A stretch of DNA of 64,000 bases from the human T2T-CHM13v2.0 reference genome, Homo sapiens. The notes beneath the pieces are model-generated. The model searched no databases. It was not told the DNA's origin and saw nothing but the letters and a program-made list of their open reading frames with translations. The stretch lies in assembly GCF_009914755.1 (NCBI RefSeq), contig NC_060933.1, one strand, 5' to 3'. This document shows, piece after piece, positions 59,901 through 64,000 of the stretch (positions are counted from its first letter, which is position 1; each line of letters opens with the position of its first letter). A program made the translations under genes and the position numbers.

Positions 59901-60429
59901 TGTGTTTGAAATGATGGATTTTCCCCAAATAAAGAGGTGCTCATTGAAGTCAAGAACAAATACATCCACGAACTCCTCACCTTTCCTCTCAGCTGGTGAC
60001 CAGCAGAGCAGGGCTGCCACTCAAAGAAGCCCTTGTGTTTCAGATGCAGATGAAAGGCCGGTGACCAGAGAGAGAAAGCACTGGAAGGGGATAAGGTCTT
60101 GTCCACAACTCCTTCCCTACCTGGTCCTCCTGTTGTGCTCCAGTGATGGAGCCCACTGCTCCAGTGAGTGTGAGAGCCTTGTGATGAAGCCGAGTTCATG
60201 ACCCCCCCAATTACCACTCCCACTTCTGATTTGGGCACTGTTTATCAGAAGCTTGCTCCTGTGACCTTGAAAGACATGTGAGAAAGAATATGCATTTTTT
60301 CCTGCTTTTTTTCCCCAACTTTCACAATCTTGCTTTCCTTCTTCCATTCTGTCTTCTCTGTCAAGTCAATAGCACAGACCTTCCAACCCATGATGCTATA
60401 GCCGAATGGCAAGAAATCAAATGCAAATG

Positions 60430-61700
60430 CAGTCAAGTTCATTCAACAAAATAATTATTGAGTGCTTCCTATGTGCTAAGAACATAGAAGCTGAGGTAGA
60501 ACTGGGAATGAAACAACTTGACTATTGTGGAGTTTTCCCTGTGGTGAGGGATATAGGTGATAAACAAATAAACATGTAAAATGTTTCATTTTGGGTTCCC
60601 CCAAAAGCAGACCTTAGGAAAAGGATTTGGCTGCAAGTAGTTTATTTAGGAGATAACCCCATGAAGCACAGTGAGGGAGTAGAGGTGTGAGCTGCAGAAA
60701 GGAGAAAATTCAATAAAGGGCACATTAATCAGGGGGTTCCTGTGGGGCAACTGGGGCTGAATGCCCCTGAGGACCTGCTGAAGGTCAGTGCAGAAAACTA
60801 GTCAGAGACTTCCTCTTGTGGGATAAAAAGCTGGGGTATTTTTTCGCAAACTTCTTTGCTTCCTAGAGTGCTAACTTCTCAGCATTTCTGGCCAGCCTTG
60901 TCCACAGACTGAATATGTTTCCATGGCCAGAGGAAATCAATAACACCATCTATCATAGAGACAAATAAAGCCATAGGCTGTAAGGAAGGTGTCTGTGGTG
61001 AACTCCAGGGAAGGCCATGGGTATGGTCAAGGAGATATAAGTAGGATGACATCAGCGGCTGCTGAATTAGGTGGAAATAAGTACTAGAAACAAGGTTAGA
61101 AAAGGCTGTTGGGTGATCGTTGGGGGAGGGACCTCCTAACATAAGGTGGTCAGGAAATGTCTTCCTGAGGAGGTGACTTCGGAGTAAAGACCTGAAAGAA
61201 GTGAGAAAATAAGCACTGCAGACACATAGGGGAAGATGACTCCAGGCTGAGGGAGCAGTGAATGTAAAGACCTTCAAGCAGAAGTGGGCTTGGATCTGTT
61301 TTGAAGGTAGATCTATTAGGATTTGCTGATAGATTGGACATGGGGTTTGGGAGAGTGGAGTCATAAATGATTCTAGGAGTGTTGGCCAGAACATCTGGTA
61401 AAATGGAGCTGGCATTTATTGAGATTATGAAGTTCTGGGAGCATATTGGGTTGGTATTAAAAGTATTATTTCAGACATGTTAAGTTTGAGATAACTTTAG
61501 ACATCCAAGTGAAGATGTTGAGCCAATAGTTACACATATTTGTTTGGAGTTCAAGGTAGAGGTTAGTTCCAGAGGTGTGAATTCAGTGGTCATCAGTGTG
61601 GAGATTGTATTTAGGACCACAGTAATGAATGAGATTACCTAGGAGATGAATGCAGATACAAAGAGAAGAGTTTTGAAGTCTAAGCCTGAAAGTACATTGT
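60430..61700 (-). mobile_element. L2 fragment interrupted by an LTR
   Basis: TTCATTCAACAAAATAATTATTGAGTGCTTCCTATGTGC; GACATGTTAAGTTTGAGAT...AGACATCCAAGTGAAGATG. Confidence 0.75.
60582..61033 (-). mobile_element. LTR16-family ERVL LTR
   Basis: TTGGGTTCCCCCAAAAGCAGACCTTAGGAAAAGGATTTG...GCAAGTAGTTTATTT...CAATAAAGGG. Confidence 0.65.
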
Positions 61701-61703
61701 TGA

Positions 61704-62050
61704 GGTATCTGCGAAGAATTGGTTTTAGGACCTCCTGGAGATACCAAAATCTGCAGATATTCCAGGGGAAAGTTTTGCTTCAGAAACTTTCCCTGGAGTC
61801 ATTGTATGTGCGAATTGGTGCTGAGAAGATGTCTACCTTAACAGGAGATTCAAATTTTCACTTCAGATTTAGATTAAAAAATCAAACAAAAAATAAATCT
61901 AAATGTTCAGATTTTTGTAAATGAATAAATTTAAGCTAAGAAAGACTCTACATTTTAAATGACCCTGGGGAAAAGCACTGAAGCAAAATATTCCCCTGGA
62001 GTATCTGCAGATTTTAGTATCTGCAGGTAGTCCTCAAAATATCACCCAAA
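61704..62050. mobile_element. Fold-back TcMar-Tigger-like MITE
   Basis: 77-bp inverted arms (61727-61803 and 61958-62034) beginning with a MER2/MER8-like motif GGTTTTAGGACC...GATACCAAAATCTGCAGAT. Confidence 0.7.
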
Positions 62051-63289
62051 TCCTCTCAGTGGTAAGGTTACTTCAAACGTCTCTCCACAGATTTGGTCAG
62101 TACCCATCTGGACTGAACTATGCATTGCATGTAGCCAAAGATCTGATCTGAATGGATTTCCATCATTATTAAGATGAGTTTTTCATCACAATGGCGTTAG
62201 AACAGAAAACGATTTCTTCTACTCCTGTATTTCCTTATTCCAATCCATTATATAGACTGTTGTCAGCATAATCAAATAAGATCTTGGTAAAGAATTGACA
62301 ATAGTCTCCTAATTCCTATAGAAAACTCTTGCTTTCCTTCCAAAAATCTTCATTTGGCCTAACTATCCACATTATCTTCACAAAGTAAATACCTTTATTT
62401 AAATTCATCTAATTCTGTTGTGTAACAAACATGGCTCTCTTAGTCCCACTTCGTAGATTTTCTGAAACCTTCCCCCAAAATACATATTTTTTTCTTTAAT
62501 ATCTAAAAATTCCATGCCTCTCCGAGTTTATGAAACAGAATTTCGTCTTTGGAATCAGAGAGACCTTGGTTTGGATTCTATGTTTGCCTTAGTTTCCCCT
62601 TCTATAAAATGAAGGTAACAATGCCACTCTGACAGAGTTGCTCTACATTGATTAGCTATAGGTCCTGGAATGTGACCTGTTACTGACGTCCTCCAATTTC
62701 ATTCCAGAGAGATCCCCAGATAGGATAGAGCTTAAAAAAATAAGTATCCTCCTCAGGTCCCACTTCAGTACTGTTTGATCTTATCCAGCAGATCTCTACA
62801 GTAATTATTATCTGTAGGAAAAATTTAACAGTTATATTCCATCTTATTCTGTTTATAGTAGTTTCTTATACCAATGTGTAAAATTCAAGTATTAACTTAA
62901 ATACTATTCTACTGTATACAGGATATTTATTAATTTCTTCAGAAAAATTATGTGTTTTTTGAAGGCAGGGATCATCTCATATATTTTTTTCTTAGTATAG
63001 TACACATTACTAAGTACATGGTGGCTCTAGAGATTTTCAATGACTGACTAAATAAATGTTATCAAACTGGCTCTGTTTTATTCAGACACTCCAAAGACAG
63101 TCTAATGTTAGCATGGATGGCCTCCAAGAAGAGTCCCAATATAGATGTCTTGTGTATATTAAAAAAAATGTACACATATATACATATGAGGATTTTATGT
63201 CACTACATTATATTCTGGAATATGAGTGCTATAGTGAAGGTCTTTTGCTTTTTTTTTTTTTTTTGGGTAAATTTAAAGCATTGATTGTG

Positions 63290-63550
63290 GTAGCAACATG
63301 GTCTAAAAAAGCATGGCTTTAGGAAGAGACTTGGATTCAAATTCCAATCCAGTTTTATAATTCCACTCACTGGCTGGGTGACTTCAGGTAAATTAGCCTC
63401 TCTGAGACCAATATTTTCCTCATTTAAAAAGGAAGTACATATACATGTGCCCTTATTTGTATAGTCCCAATAAGATGCCATGAGAAAGTACTTAGCAAGG
63501 TGTCTGGAAAGTAATAGGCATAGAGTCCAGGTTTGATTATGTTCTTCTTT
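63290..63550 (+). mobile_element. MIR. Other MIR fragments at about 9230-9420, 11690-11820, 12350-12520, 19200-19420, 30290-30475, 35740-35920, 37790-37985, 38300-38660, 56480-56730, 57590-57830 and 62540-62680
   Basis: CACTGGCTGGGTGACTTCAGGTAAATTAGCCTCTCTGAGACC...TTTCCTCATTTAAAA MIR core. Confidence 0.7.
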
Positions 63551-64000
63551 CCATTTTCTTTAAACTACACCTAGTGAAGTGCAAGGATCAAAAGAAGTCA
63601 TCTGTATGAAAGCACTGTGAAAATGACAGGGTTCTGAACACCTGCGAGGCATTAGCATTGTTATGGTTGTAAGCAAGGATGATAAACTCGGAGAGGAACA
63701 CTGTGTTCTTCAGAGGGTCAGCCTCCCTACAAGGCTATCAGTAAAATTGCAGATCATCTTTCAGAAGATCCCTAGAATCAGAGCTTGCAGTGTTTCTGGG
63801 TAAGTCATGACCCATGGCTGACTGCCTATACCCTCACTCCAGAGGCCTCTTCTACCCCTAGAAAAAAATTCCAGAAGATAAATCACAAATGTCATAGTCA
63901 TCCTGTTATTCCTCAATATAAAGACAATACAGCCCTTTGTTTTCCCCATTTTTTTTTGCTTGCTCCTACTCCCTTATTTCCCCCTATTCCCCCTTGTCTT

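Noticed and set aside
59816-60238. Overlapping 140-aa and 112-aa ORFs
   Set aside because: No homology recognised and no convincing splice or promoter context; lengths are compatible with chance.
60879-61415. 178-aa minus-strand ORF
   Set aside because: Spans L2 and LTR16 fossils; no recognisable domain.

Overview
Primate (human-like) non-coding DNA, AT-rich and dominated by interspersed repeats: Alu, L1, L2, MIR, ERV1/ERVL/MaLR LTRs and hAT/TcMar DNA-transposon fossils. I see no intact protein-coding gene, RNA gene, CRISPR array or prokaryotic system. The one gene-derived feature I can name is a full-length processed pseudogene of RPL4 (minus strand, 33475-34914, 15-bp TSD). It has a single nonsense codon (codon 24), no frameshift, a lost stop codon, an intact 5' TOP tract and a probable cap-derived G. 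It sits in a zone of unusually preserved CpGs. Other notable structures: an unidentified TSD-flanked 3'UTR-like insert (~17.4-17.9 kb), an ~85-bp templated copy inside an old L1 (16.8 to 18.2 kb), a TSD-flanked internal L1 fragment with no 3'UTR or poly(A) (52.5-53.9 kb), a ~310-bp fold-back Tigger-like MITE (61.7-62.0 kb) and a textbook 36-nt candidate micro-exon (47.5 kb). I cannot support a claim of a new biological system; the CpG-protected RPL4 retrocopy is the best lead. Repeat subfamily names come from recalled consensus sequences, and the boundaries of old repeats are approximate.
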